DNA of 64,000 nucleotides from Alphaproteobacteria bacterium. GTDB taxonomy: Bacteria > Pseudomonadota > Alphaproteobacteria > RF32 > CAG-239. Below, in pieces: positions 17,550-27,044 of the stretch; within the stretch, counting starts at the first letter, position 1, and each line of letters starts with the position of its first letter. Under the pieces are notes generated by a model. The model was given only the letters and a program-made list of their open reading frames with translations, was not told the DNA's origin and ran no database searches. The stretch covers positions 272 to 64,271 of the forward strand of contig SUUZ01000008.1 in the NCBI GenBank assembly GCA_015062235.1. Reading direction: 5' to 3'. A program made the translations under genes and the position numbers.

Positions 17550-18194
17550 ATGTCTGATAATTTACTTTTTACTCTTTGGGGAATCGGCGGTTATTTGCTC
17601 GGTTCAATTCCATTTGGCTTAGTTTTGTGCTATTTAGCTGGTTATGGCGATATTAGAAAAATTGGTTCGGGAAATATTGGTGCAACTAACGTTTTGCGTA
17701 CGGGTAATAAATGGCTTGCTTTGTTAACTGTTGTTTTGGATGCTTCTAAGGCTGGTATCGTTGCTTGGCTTGCTTTCAAATTTGTACCTGCAAAACCTAT
17801 TATGTTTTTAGGTACTATAAGTCAGGCAAATATTTTTGCCTCTTTAATTGCTGGTTCAATGGCTATAATTGGTCATAATTTCCCTGTTTGGTTAAAATTT
17901 AAGGGCGGTAAGGGCGTTGCTTCAGCATTTGGTTTTATTTTGGCAACACAACCAATGATTGCTTTATCAGCTATTGGTGTTTGGTTGGTTATGGCTTTTA
18001 CATTTAAATATTCTTCATTGTCAGCAATTACTGCGGCATTTGCGGTACCAATTATAACTTTCTTTTATTCTGCGCCAATATATACGGTATTTTTTACAGG
18101 ATTGGCATTGCTTGTGTTGATTAGACATCATGCTAATATAAAACGATTGCTTAAAGGCGAAGAAAGTAAAATTAAATTGAAAAAAGAAAGATAA
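17550..18194 (+). CDS. plsY: Glycerol-3-phosphate acyltransferase PlsY
   Basis: GSGNIGATNVLRTG motif in a polytopic membrane protein of 214 aa. Confidence 0.9.
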   Translation: MSDNLLFTLWGIGGYLLGSIPFGLVLCYLAGYGDIRKIGSGNIGATNVLRTGNKWLALLTVVLDASKAGIVAWLAFKFVPAKPIMFLGTISQANIFASLIAGSMAIIGHNFPVWLKFKGGKGVASAFGFILATQPMIALSAIGVWLVMAFTFKYSSLSAITAAFAVPIITFFYSAPIYTVFFTGLALLVLIRHHANIKRLLKGEESKIKLKKER

Positions 18195-18197
18195 ATA

Positions 18198-19325
18198 GTG
18201 GCTTCAAAAGAACAAATAATTGCTGCTTTGCGCCTAATTAATACCTATAAAATTGGCGCTAAGAAGTTTTATCAACTTGTTGAAAATTATGGTTCTGTAA
18301 TAGCTGCTGTTGATTTTGTTTCGGCAAAAGGAAAATATAAACCTTGGTCAAATGAACAAGCTGAAATAGAGCTTAGAAAAGTTGAAGCCATTGATGCCAA
18401 AATAATTCTTTATAGTGATGACGAATATCCTGCAATTTTAAGAAATTATAACAATGCACCTCCCTTGCTTTATGTTAAAGGCAATATTACCGCTTTGAAT
18501 TTTGATAGCTCTATAGCTATTGTTGGTGGAAGAGCTGCATCAATTAATGGGCGTAAAACAGCTGCGAAAATAGCTAAGGAACTTACTGAAGAAGGTGTTT
18601 GTATTGTTTCTGGAATGGCTAGAGGAATCGACGCATCGGCCCATAAAGGCGCTATGTTTGCTAAAAATGAGACAGGAAGTACTATAGCTGTTTTGGGTAC
18701 GGGAATAGATATTGTTTACCCTCCAGAAAATAAGGATATATATGAACAAATTCAGCAAAATGGCTGTATTATATCTGAGTTTCCTATTGGTACAAAAGCT
18801 GTTGCATCACAATTTCCGCAAAGGAATCGTGTTGTTGCGGCATTGAGTGAAGCTATATTAGTGATTGAAGCTGGTATAAATTCTGGTTCTTTAATAACAG
18901 CTCAATTTGGCTCAGAAATGGGAAAAACTATATTTGCGGTACCAGGGACTCCTGGAGAATCGAGGTCACAGGGCGCAAATTATTTGATAAAAAAAGGAGC
19001 TGTTTTGGTGGAGATGTCTGCTGATATATTACCTTTTTTAAAAGGTAATAAAAAAGGAGAAAAAGTACAAAAAAAACAAGCTATACAAAAAGTTCTTGTT
19101 TTTGAAAATAATGATGTTAATTATAGCGAACAAGAAAACGAACAAAATATTAAGGATGATAGTTTAATTAGTTTTTTAACAGTTGATGGTGTTTCGGTTG
19201 ATGAATTAATTAGGCTGACAGGTAAAGATACATCGACTATTGCTATGGAAATTTTAGAGCTTGAGTTAAGTGGAATTGTTGAACGAAGATCTGGAAACAA
19301 AGTAGCGTTAATTAATCAAGATTAA
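18198..19325 (+). CDS. dprA: DNA-processing protein DprA
   Basis: Rossmann-like DprA core (GMARGIDASAHKGA ... FPQRNRVVAALS). GTG start 3 nt after plsY. Sits in the plsY-dprA-topA order. Confidence 0.9.
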   Translation: MASKEQIIAALRLINTYKIGAKKFYQLVENYGSVIAAVDFVSAKGKYKPWSNEQAEIELRKVEAIDAKIILYSDDEYPAILRNYNNAPPLLYVKGNITALNFDSSIAIVGGRAASINGRKTAAKIAKELTEEGVCIVSGMARGIDASAHKGAMFAKNETGSTIAVLGTGIDIVYPPENKDIYEQIQQNGCIISEFPIGTKAVASQFPQRNRVVAALSEAILVIEAGINSGSLITAQFGSEMGKTIFAVPGTPGESRSQGANYLIKKGAVLVEMSADILPFLKGNKKGEKVQKKQAIQKVLVFENNDVNYSEQENEQNIKDDSLISFLTVDGVSVDELIRLTGKDTSTIAMEILELELSGIVERRSGNKVALINQD

Positions 19326-19340
19326 TTTAAGGTGAAATAG

Positions 19341-21794
19341 ATGAAATTAGTTATTGTGGAATCCCCTGCTAAAGCAAAAACAATTAATAAATATTTGGGC
19401 AAAGACTATCAGGTTTTAGCTAGTTTTGGACATATTAGAGATTTGCCTAGTAAAGATGGATCTGTTAAACCTGATGATGATTTCGCAATGACTTGGGAGT
19501 TAAGCACTGGTGGTAAAAAACGCCTTGCAGATATTGTAAAAGCTTTGAAAGATGCTGATACGTTAGTCCTTGCATCCGACCCTGATAGAGAGGGAGAAGC
19601 TATTGCTTGGCATATTTTAGAAGAATTAAAGAATAAAAAAGCTTTAAAAGGTAAAAATATTGAGCGTGTAGTATTTCATGAAATTACCAAGGCTGCTGTT
19701 ACTGAGGCAATAAATAATCCTCGTAAGATTGATGATAATTTGGTTTCGGCCTATATGGGACGGCGTGCGCTTGACTATTTGGTTGGTTTTACATTGTCAC
19801 CAGTATTATGGCGTAAGCTTCCTGGATCACGTTCGGCTGGGCGAGTTCAGTCTGTTGCTCTGCGGTTAATTTGCGAACGAGAAACAGAAATCGAAAAATT
19901 TAAACCAGAAGAATATTGGACAATTGATGCAGAATTATTGACTGCAAAAAAGGCTTTGATAAAGTCTCGTTTGATTGAGCTTGATGGGAAAAAATTAGAA
20001 AAATTTGATATCAACAGTGAAGAAAAAGCTAATGAGGCTAAAGCTAAAATAGAAGCACAAAATTTTGCTATTTTTAATATTGAACGTAAAAAAACAAATC
20101 GTTACCCTGCTCCACCTTTTACAACATCTACATTACAACAAGAGGCCGCTCGCAAGCTTCGTTTTTCAGCTAAGAAAACTATGCAAATTGCACAAAAGCT
20201 TTATGAAGAAGGTCTTATTACCTATATGCGTACTGATGCGGTTAATTTATCAGCTGAAGCTGTTAGCGCTTGTCGTGAAGCTATTGTAAAATATTTTGGT
20301 GATGCGTATTTACCAAAAGAACCTAAAGAATACAAAACAAAATCAAAAAATGCTCAGGAAGCACACGAAGCTATTCGTCCATCAGATGTTATGAACACAC
20401 CAAAGAAAATGGAAGTAAAATTAGCTGCCGATGAGCATAAGCTTTATGAGCTTATTTGGAAGCGTACGGTTGCTTGCCAAATGAACCCTGCTGTTTTGGA
20501 TAAGGTAGTTATTGATTCAAGATCAGAAGACATGCAAATTTTGCTTCGTGCTAATGGTCAAGTTATTGAGTTTGACGGTTTCTTAAGGTTGTACCAAGAA
20601 TCAAAAGACGACTCAGATGATGATGATGAAAACAAAATTTTGCCAAATGTTGAACATGGTGAAAAAGTCGATAAAGGTGAAATTACAGCAGAACAGCACT
20701 TTACAGCTCCACCACCAAGATTTACTGAAGCAAGTCTTGTAAAAAAATTGGAAGAATTAGGAATTGGACGACCATCAACCTATGCAACTATTATTGCTGT
20801 GTTGCAAGAACGCAAGTATGTGCGTGTAGAAAAATTGCGCTTTATACCAGAAGATCGTGGTAGGATTGTAACTGTTTTCTTGGAAAATTATTTTAGAAAA
20901 TATGTTGAATATGATTTTACAGCACAAATGGAAGAATTTTTGGATGATGTGTCTTCGGGACAGATGGAATGGAAAAAGCTTTTAGAAGGTTTTTGGGTAA
21001 AATTTGCTCATAATGTGGAAGCAGTTAAACCTTTGCAAGTTTCTGAAGTTATTGAAAAAGTAGACGAGGTTTTGGCGCATCACTTGTTCCCAGAAAAAAG
21101 TGATGGTAGCGATCCAAGAGTGTGCCCTGAGTGTGGTAGCGGAAAGTTGAGCATTAAACTTGGAAAATTTGGTGCATTTATTGGGTGTTCAAATTATCCT
21201 GAATGTAAATATACAAAGCCTTTGGTTGATACAACTGAGGAAGAAAATAATGATACAGCCAAAATTAAAGAAGTGGCTGATCAGGTTTTGGGACAAATGA
21301 ATAATTTGAATATTTATTTGAAAAAAGGTCCTTATGGTTTTTATGTTCAGCTTGGTGAAGACCAAACTGCTACTACTGAAAAGCCGAAAAGAGCTTCTTT
21401 GCCAAATGGAATTACACCTGATGAGATAACCGTAGAACAAGCAACTAGATTGCTTAGTTTGCCTTTTGATTTGGGTGATGGAATTGAAGTTAATGCAGGA
21501 AAATTTGGGCCTTATTTGAAGGCTGGAGGAAAGTCTGTTAGCTTGCGCGGACAGGATAATATTTTTAATATAACACTTGAAAGAGCTAAGGAACTTTTGG
21601 CGGGAGCAAAAGAAAAACCACAAGGAAAAGCTTTGGGTATTCACCCAAAAAACAAACAAGAAATTGTTTTATTAATGGGGCGTTATGGACCATATATTAA
21701 GTGTGGTAAAAATAATTATGCTTTGCCTAAAGAGATTTCTGGGCATGAACCTAGCCTTGATGAAGCTATCAAGATTATAGATGCTAAGAAGTAA
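19341..21794 (+). CDS. topA: DNA topoisomerase I
   Basis: Toprim N-terminus KLVIVESPAKAKTI, DPDREGEAI, the active-site region, and a C-terminal Zn-ribbon (CPECGSGKL...CSNYPEC). Confidence 0.95.
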   Translation: MKLVIVESPAKAKTINKYLGKDYQVLASFGHIRDLPSKDGSVKPDDDFAMTWELSTGGKKRLADIVKALKDADTLVLASDPDREGEAIAWHILEELKNKKALKGKNIERVVFHEITKAAVTEAINNPRKIDDNLVSAYMGRRALDYLVGFTLSPVLWRKLPGSRSAGRVQSVALRLICERETEIEKFKPEEYWTIDAELLTAKKALIKSRLIELDGKKLEKFDINSEEKANEAKAKIEAQNFAIFNIERKKTNRYPAPPFTTSTLQQEAARKLRFSAKKTMQIAQKLYEEGLITYMRTDAVNLSAEAVSACREAIVKYFGDAYLPKEPKEYKTKSKNAQEAHEAIRPSDVMNTPKKMEVKLAADEHKLYELIWKRTVACQMNPAVLDKVVIDSRSEDMQILLRANGQVIEFDGFLRLYQESKDDSDDDDENKILPNVEHGEKVDKGEITAEQHFTAPPPRFTEASLVKKLEELGIGRPSTYATIIAVLQERKYVRVEKLRFIPEDRGRIVTVFLENYFRKYVEYDFTAQMEEFLDDVSSGQMEWKKLLEGFWVKFAHNVEAVKPLQVSEVIEKVDEVLAHHLFPEKSDGSDPRVCPECGSGKLSIKLGKFGAFIGCSNYPECKYTKPLVDTTEEENNDTAKIKEVADQVLGQMNNLNIYLKKGPYGFYVQLGEDQTATTEKPKRASLPNGITPDEITVEQATRLLSLPFDLGDGIEVNAGKFGPYLKAGGKSVSLRGQDNIFNITLERAKELLAGAKEKPQGKALGIHPKNKQEIVLLMGRYGPYIKCGKNNYALPKEISGHEPSLDEAIKIIDAKK

Positions 21795-21851
21795 GTGTAT
21801 ATTTGATAGGCATTTGTTATTTTGAGAAAGTTAGAAATGTTTTAAAAGATG

Positions 21852-21890
21852 AAGGGGGAATATTCAAAAGAATATATCCCCCTTTGATTT
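21852..21890. terminator. Hairpin terminator between topA and the convergent hypothetical gene
   Basis: Stem aagggggaatattc / gaatatatccccctt (one bulge), then TTGATTTTT. Confidence 0.7.
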
Positions 21891-22352
21891 TTATTTGCTT
21901 GCAAGCCAATAACGGAAGTGTATTTTAGAAAAATTTCCTTCAGTCTCCCATTTATTGCCATTTAGCTTGAAAACTCTTCGGCATATTTCATTGTTTATGC
22001 TTGAGTAAAACGATTTTTCAACGAGCTTGTGATTGAAAGAGTCTGTGGATAGATAGGTGCTGGTGACGATAAGTCTGTTGCCCCATTTATCTATTCTTTC
22101 GATTGTATCAACGTCGTACTCTTCTTTCCAAGACACCGTAACCACGCTGTGTTGATGTTTGAATAGTCTGACAAACCAGAAGTAGCCATCATGGTCATAG
22201 AAAGCTTTGTAAGAATTCTTGTAATTAGAATCTCTGCCCTCGACAACTAGATATTGATTTTCGCGTTGATACTTATGATTGTAAGCCAAATCGTTGATAA
22301 CGATGTTTTCATCTTTGAAAGACACAGCTTTCTTAAAACTAAAAATTTTCAT
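21891..22352 (-). CDS. Hypothetical protein (153 aa)
   Basis: Long ORF with ordinary composition. No SD seen and no family recognised. Confidence 0.4.
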   Translation of the reverse strand: MKIFSFKKAVSFKDENIVINDLAYNHKYQRENQYLVVEGRDSNYKNSYKAFYDHDGYFWFVRLFKHQHSVVTVSWKEEYDVDTIERIDKWGNRLIVTSTYLSTDSFNHKLVEKSFYSSINNEICRRVFKLNGNKWETEGNFSKIHFRYWLASK

Positions 22353-22549
22353 ATGTATAAGTATTAGTAATATTTATTTTGATGGGGCGATAGTATCATA
22401 TTTTGGGTAATGATACAAGATGTTTTTTTGGGGAATAAATAGACGCCGCTGGTTCAACCCAAGATTGAAAAACACAACCAGACAAGCAAAATAAGCACAA
22501 CCGAAAGTAGAATTTTATTTACTTTTCGCAGAATATAGAATTGTAAAAA

Positions 22550-22771
22550 TTATTTTATTCCAGCTTTATTCATTAGATCTTTTATTGTTTTAAAATTCTT
22601 AATTTCATCAAAATCCATTTGAATATTAAGACTGTCAGTAAACATAGATATTGTACACATAATAGCAAGAGAATCCCATTCAGGAAGATCTTCTAATATT
22701 ATATCTTCATGTAAATTTGTATCTGTATTAATAGCTATTTTTAGCTCATTTAAGAATTCTTCTTTATTCAT
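22550..22771 (-). CDS. Dedicated acyl carrier protein
   Basis: From MNKEEFLNELK: 73 aa with a DSL phosphopantetheine-site motif (EWDSLAIM). The ATG is embedded in the stop region of the upstream KASIII gene (tATGAAtaa) and preceded by AAGGAG. Confidence 0.75.
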   Translation of the reverse strand: MNKEEFLNELKIAINTDTNLHEDIILEDLPEWDSLAIMCTISMFTDSLNIQMDFDEIKNFKTIKDLMNKAGIK

Positions 22772-23846
22772 ATTTTTTCTCCTTATAAGTAAATATTGTA
22801 GGTGCATATATTTTATCTAAATTTATGACAGCTGCACCATAAGCTAGTCCGACACCAAAACCAGAAAGTAATAATGTTTTTCTATTGTTTGTAACATCAT
22901 CTGATAAATAATCATTTATAACGCTTGGTATTGAAGCTACCGCTAAATTTCCATATTTTGCCAGTGTGGACGTTGGAACTTTATTAAAATCTTTTTCGCC
23001 AATTCTTAGAGCAATATTTTGAATTATATTCTTATTCGCTTGGTGTAGCACAAAATAGTCAATTTCGTTTACGGTTAAATCGGCAAGACTAAGTGTATCG
23101 TATATATTTTGTGGAACAGTATTCATTGTAAAATCAAAAACATTTTTTCCATTCATTTGGAAATTATTGAGTGATTTTATATTTCCATATTCATCAATAT
23201 TTTCCTTAGATGTCGCTTCAGAATAAGGAATTCTAGCACCTCCCGCAGGAATTATAATGTTTTTATAGTCTTTTCCTTTTGTACCAAGTATAAAATATGA
23301 ATTATTTTCTGTTTCGCTTCTTTCAATTATAGTGGCGGCTGCACCATCTCCAAAAATTGGAGCACAAATTCTATCTTTTATATTAATAGTCTTGGTTTTT
23401 GTATCTCCAACCAAAAGTAAAACTCTTGTACATCCGTTTTCAATAAGAGAACATGCCATACACAAACCATAAACATATCCAGCACAACCATGGTTTATAT
23501 CAAAAGACATACATGTTGTTGGTAAATCTAATTTACCTTGTAAAACACATGAAGTAGGAGGACATTTATAATCAGGATTATCTAAAACACATACAAGAGC
23601 ATCTATTGAATTTTTATCAATATTCATACCCTCAATAATTCTGCTTGCTGCATACTCCATAAGATCGGCAGGAGTCGTGCTTTCAGATGAAACGGCTCGT
23701 TCATTTAAACCGACAACCATTTTTAAGCGTTTAATTTTATTAATATCGTCATAATACTGTGCTTCGTCATCAAGCTTGATTCTATTTTCAGGAACAACAG
23801 TGCATATTCCCATAATCTTTGAGTGATTAAACGTCAAATGTGCCAT
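22764..23846 (-). CDS. 3-oxoacyl-ACP synthase III (FabH-like)
   Basis: Thiolase-fold KASIII features: active-site Cys context (NHGCAGYVYGL), FVLHQANKNI, and C-terminal GFGVGLAYGA. Confidence 0.8.
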   Translation of the reverse strand: MAHLTFNHSKIMGICTVVPENRIKLDDEAQYYDDINKIKRLKMVVGLNERAVSSESTTPADLMEYAASRIIEGMNIDKNSIDALVCVLDNPDYKCPPTSCVLQGKLDLPTTCMSFDINHGCAGYVYGLCMACSLIENGCTRVLLLVGDTKTKTINIKDRICAPIFGDGAAATIIERSETENNSYFILGTKGKDYKNIIIPAGGARIPYSEATSKENIDEYGNIKSLNNFQMNGKNVFDFTMNTVPQNIYDTLSLADLTVNEIDYFVLHQANKNIIQNIALRIGEKDFNKVPTSTLAKYGNLAVASIPSVINDYLSDDVTNNRKTLLLSGFGVGLAYGAAVINLDKIYAPTIFTYKEKKYE

Positions 23847-23862
23847 AGTAATTAATCCTTTA

Positions 23863-24537
23863 TTACTTTATATGTTTTGCAAAAAATGAGGCGCTAATTC
23901 CCAGTCGTTTTTTTGCTGGAATTCCTTCATAAATAGAGTCTTCTTCTGTATTCTTTCTAATAACTGCTGACATTGTTATAAAATTATAGGGGGCTATTTT
24001 AATTTTATCTGCTATAATTGCACCAGATCCCAAAAAACAATTTTCTCCTATTTCGCAAAATCCATTGGTAGAACCAACTATATAACAATTGTTTTTAATG
24101 ATGTTATCATGTGAAATAAAAGCACTTGGCCATATTATTGTATTATCTCCTATAATGCTTTTTCTTAAAATTCTGGCACACTCCATAATTATACAATTTT
24201 TTCCAATTGACACTTTATCGCTTATATATGCATCTGGATGAATAAAGGTTGCTAAGTTATAGCCTTTTTCTATTGCTTGCTTATAAATCATTTCTCTACT
24301 TTTGTTCAGATTAGAATAACCAATAGCAATAAACATTTCATAAACATCAGGTGAATATTTTTTTTCAATATCTTCAAAATCAACTAACTCTTTGTTATAA
24401 AATATTTTACTTTGTTTATAGTCCTTGTTTACAGTAAAACAAACAACCTCATATTCACTATATTCCTCAAAATAATCACAAACCATCTCAGAGTAATTTG
24501 TATTTCCAAATATAATCAATTTTTTATTTTTCTTCAT
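23863..24537 (-). CDS. NeuD/PglD-type hexapeptide sugar N-acyltransferase
   Basis: N-terminal Rossmann-like segment (KLIIFGNTNYSEMV) followed by left-handed beta-helix repeats (IGKNCIIMECA..IGDNTIIWPSA..IGENCFLGSGA). Confidence 0.7.
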   Translation of the reverse strand: MKKNKKLIIFGNTNYSEMVCDYFEEYSEYEVVCFTVNKDYKQSKIFYNKELVDFEDIEKKYSPDVYEMFIAIGYSNLNKSREMIYKQAIEKGYNLATFIHPDAYISDKVSIGKNCIIMECARILRKSIIGDNTIIWPSAFISHDNIIKNNCYIVGSTNGFCEIGENCFLGSGAIIADKIKIAPYNFITMSAVIRKNTEEDSIYEGIPAKKRLGISASFFAKHIK

Positions 24538-24541
24538 ACAT

Positions 24542-25243
24542 TTAAGCTTTCATATATTTTCTAGCATCTAGGCCACAGTTAAAAATCAGATCCAGAATAC
24601 TTACGCCATGCTCAAAGGGTGGATTTAGTTGCGGATATTCAGAATATCCACTATAATCCATCCATGATAATTTAATGTTTTCTTTTTCAAACAAGTTTGC
24701 TTTGATATAATCTCTGGCTGCAGGACCTGATAAATATTCTGTCCCACCGGCTTTTTTTACCAGATCGACAAGTCTTTCTGTCTTACCTTCAATTAGACCA
24801 TAATCCTGAGAAAATGATATTTTTGTATTTATACCCAGTATTTTATTGATTGCATCAATAAATTTATAATTCACCTTGCAAAGATATTCTTCTTGTTCAC
24901 ATTCTTTATATACTTTTTCAAAAACATCTGCATAATCCTTAAAAAAAGGAGCTTTCTTGTAAAACTGTTTAATTGTACTCCAATGAGAATTAGCCCATTT
25001 TCTATCAATAATTTTGGCATCCATTATTCTAACATCATGGCTTATATGTCCTTTTGTAGCGACGGGAATTGATAGCCAATGTAAACCACTTGGAGTTTTT
25101 ATTTTATTTCGATTACGCCAATCATTTTTTGTATACTGCATTTCATCGTAAAATATAAACTCGTCCACTGCGGCGATTATATCAAAATAGCCTTTCCAAG
25201 GAATGTAATTAGATTGTAATATTGCTACTTTTTTATTTTGCAT
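24542..25243 (-). CDS. WbqC-family protein
   Basis: From MQNKKVAILQSNYIPWKGYFDII, a typical WbqC-like N-terminus. The track ORF extends 26 codons further into the upstream gene. Confidence 0.7.
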   Translation of the reverse strand: MQNKKVAILQSNYIPWKGYFDIIAAVDEFIFYDEMQYTKNDWRNRNKIKTPSGLHWLSIPVATKGHISHDVRIMDAKIIDRKWANSHWSTIKQFYKKAPFFKDYADVFEKVYKECEQEEYLCKVNYKFIDAINKILGINTKISFSQDYGLIEGKTERLVDLVKKAGGTEYLSGPAARDYIKANLFEKENIKLSWMDYSGYSEYPQLNPPFEHGVSILDLIFNCGLDARKYMKA

Positions 25244-27044
25244 TAAAAACCTCTCTCCAAAGTGAAGCTTTATATTTGTTATTAAAAAATTTTGAAGCAT
25301 TATCTTTAGAAATATCTGCATCTCTATTTCTAATTAGTTCCTCGAATGTTAAGTTGGCTATTTCGTTACTATCAAAAATTTTAATACCGAAATCATTCAG
25401 ACTACTAAAAGTGGATATTTCTTTTTTTATAAACACTTTTTTACCCAAGGCTATAGAAGCAATTGTATTACCGACCCCTTGTTGTCTATTTTGGTTTAAT
25501 ATCAAAATATCATTTTTAGCAAGATGATTAGCAAAATTCTGCGGAGACATATATTCTTCTATATATTCAAACTTATTACCAAATATTTCTTTTCCTTTTT
25601 TTATAATTTCTGATTTAAATTTCATATCTCCGTATGACAGAATGGTACATATTCTGATATTCTCATTTGCAAATTTAGCTAAATTATCCAACATACCTAA
25701 TGTTGATTTATCACAAGAGTTGTTAATTTGTATTTTAATATAATCGCAATCTTTGTAAGAATGTTTGGCGTTTTTAATCATTTTTAGTGTAATAGGAAAT
25801 ATAGCATGAACACAGTAAAATTGTTTATTAGATAAATTATATTTTATTTGTGCGTAGTTAGCATCAAAATCGCTTAAATAACCCTTTAGATTTTTCCTAA
25901 CAAAATCATTTTTTTCATCTCTTGGAGCGTTATAAAGATCTCCACCCCAAATTACCCAATAAGCTTTTTCTTTCAATATTTTCTTATGATTATATAAATA
26001 CTCGACTAATTCATTATCAAATAGTGAATGACATATAATTTTCTTGCATTTATTAAAGTTTAATTTTTTAAATCTGTCGATCTTAATAACATTTTCACCT
26101 AAAGGAAAGGGATATTGGTCAAAAACCTTTTTGCATAATATTAGGTGCTCTTTAGAGTTAAAATTACTATTCAAAAAATCTACAAAAGGTTTATTAAATT
26201 TGTCGTTAAACATTAAATGTACAAACTTAACATTATCTTTCTTTATCCTATAAGATATTTTTATGTTATTTATTTTCCATTTTATACTTCTGTATAATTT
26301 CATTCCTAACTTTTTACAGCTAGTCCGAAAATTTTGAAAAAAATTAATAATTTTGTATATTTTAATTTTTAGTTTTATTCTTCTTAAAGAAGTCTCATAT
26401 TTTTCTGAATTTGTAATTCTGGTATAGCTATTATCATCGGAGTAATTTAGTAATACCTTTTCGATAAAAATAGGAGTAGATTGTCTGGTATAACGGAGTA
26501 TTAAATCCCAATCGACAAGTCTCTTTAGTTTTGTATCAAAATTACCGTATTTACTAACTAAAGATTTATGATGTACAAAGCAACCCATGTCGATGTAATT
26601 TTTTTTACAAAGATCTGTAAAACTAAATGCTTTTCCAATTACTCCAATATTAGGATGATTCATTTGAGCATAAAAACATTTTGCTTCTATATTAGAAATT
26701 ATTGCCTTTTTAAATTCTTCTAAAAATGTAGGAGTAATTTCATTATCTGTGTCTAAATATGCAATCCAATCATTATTTGCTTTTTTTAATCCTGTATTTC
26801 TGGCAGTACAAACACCTTCATTTGATTTATATTCATATATAAATTTGCCTCTAATAAAATATTTACTGTACTTATTTTTTAAGAGCTTTTCTGTGTTATC
26901 TGTTGAACCATCATCTATGATTATTAACTCATAGTTTTTATAAGTCTGTGCTAACAAAGAATTTATAGCATTTTCTATACAAAAAGCCCTATTATATGTT
27001 GGCATAATGATTGAAAATTTTGGTTCTTTTTGATTAATAGACAT
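25233..27044 (-). CDS. Fusion glycosyltransferase: N-terminal GT2 plus C-terminal WecF-like (GT56, 4-alpha-L-fucosyltransferase family)
   Basis: N-terminus FSIIMPTYNRAFCIENAINSLLAQTYKNYELIIIDDGSTDNT is GT2. The C-terminal half (KFVHLMFNDKFNKPFVDFL ... WVIWGGDLY ... NRQQGVGNT) resembles WecF as I recall it. Confidence 0.6.
   Translation of the reverse strand: MSINQKEPKFSIIMPTYNRAFCIENAINSLLAQTYKNYELIIIDDGSTDNTEKLLKNKYSKYFIRGKFIYEYKSNEGVCTARNTGLKKANNDWIAYLDTDNEITPTFLEEFKKAIISNIEAKCFYAQMNHPNIGVIGKAFSFTDLCKKNYIDMGCFVHHKSLVSKYGNFDTKLKRLVDWDLILRYTRQSTPIFIEKVLLNYSDDNSYTRITNSEKYETSLRRIKLKIKIYKIINFFQNFRTSCKKLGMKLYRSIKWKINNIKISYRIKKDNVKFVHLMFNDKFNKPFVDFLNSNFNSKEHLILCKKVFDQYPFPLGENVIKIDRFKKLNFNKCKKIICHSLFDNELVEYLYNHKKILKEKAYWVIWGGDLYNAPRDEKNDFVRKNLKGYLSDFDANYAQIKYNLSNKQFYCVHAIFPITLKMIKNAKHSYKDCDYIKIQINNSCDKSTLGMLDNLAKFANENIRICTILSYGDMKFKSEIIKKGKEIFGNKFEYIEEYMSPQNFANHLAKNDILILNQNRQQGVGNTIASIALGKKVFIKKEISTFSSLNDFGIKIFDSNEIANLTFEELIRNRDADISKDNASKFFNNKYKASLWREVFNAK

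Noticed and set aside
22440-22475. GGTTCAACCC motif resembling a tRNA T-loop at the left edge of the glycan island (possible att remnant)
   Set aside because: The flanks do not form a T-stem or acceptor stem. I found no match to the 3' end of the tRNA-Leu at 37219-37304, so there is no support for a direct-repeat att site.
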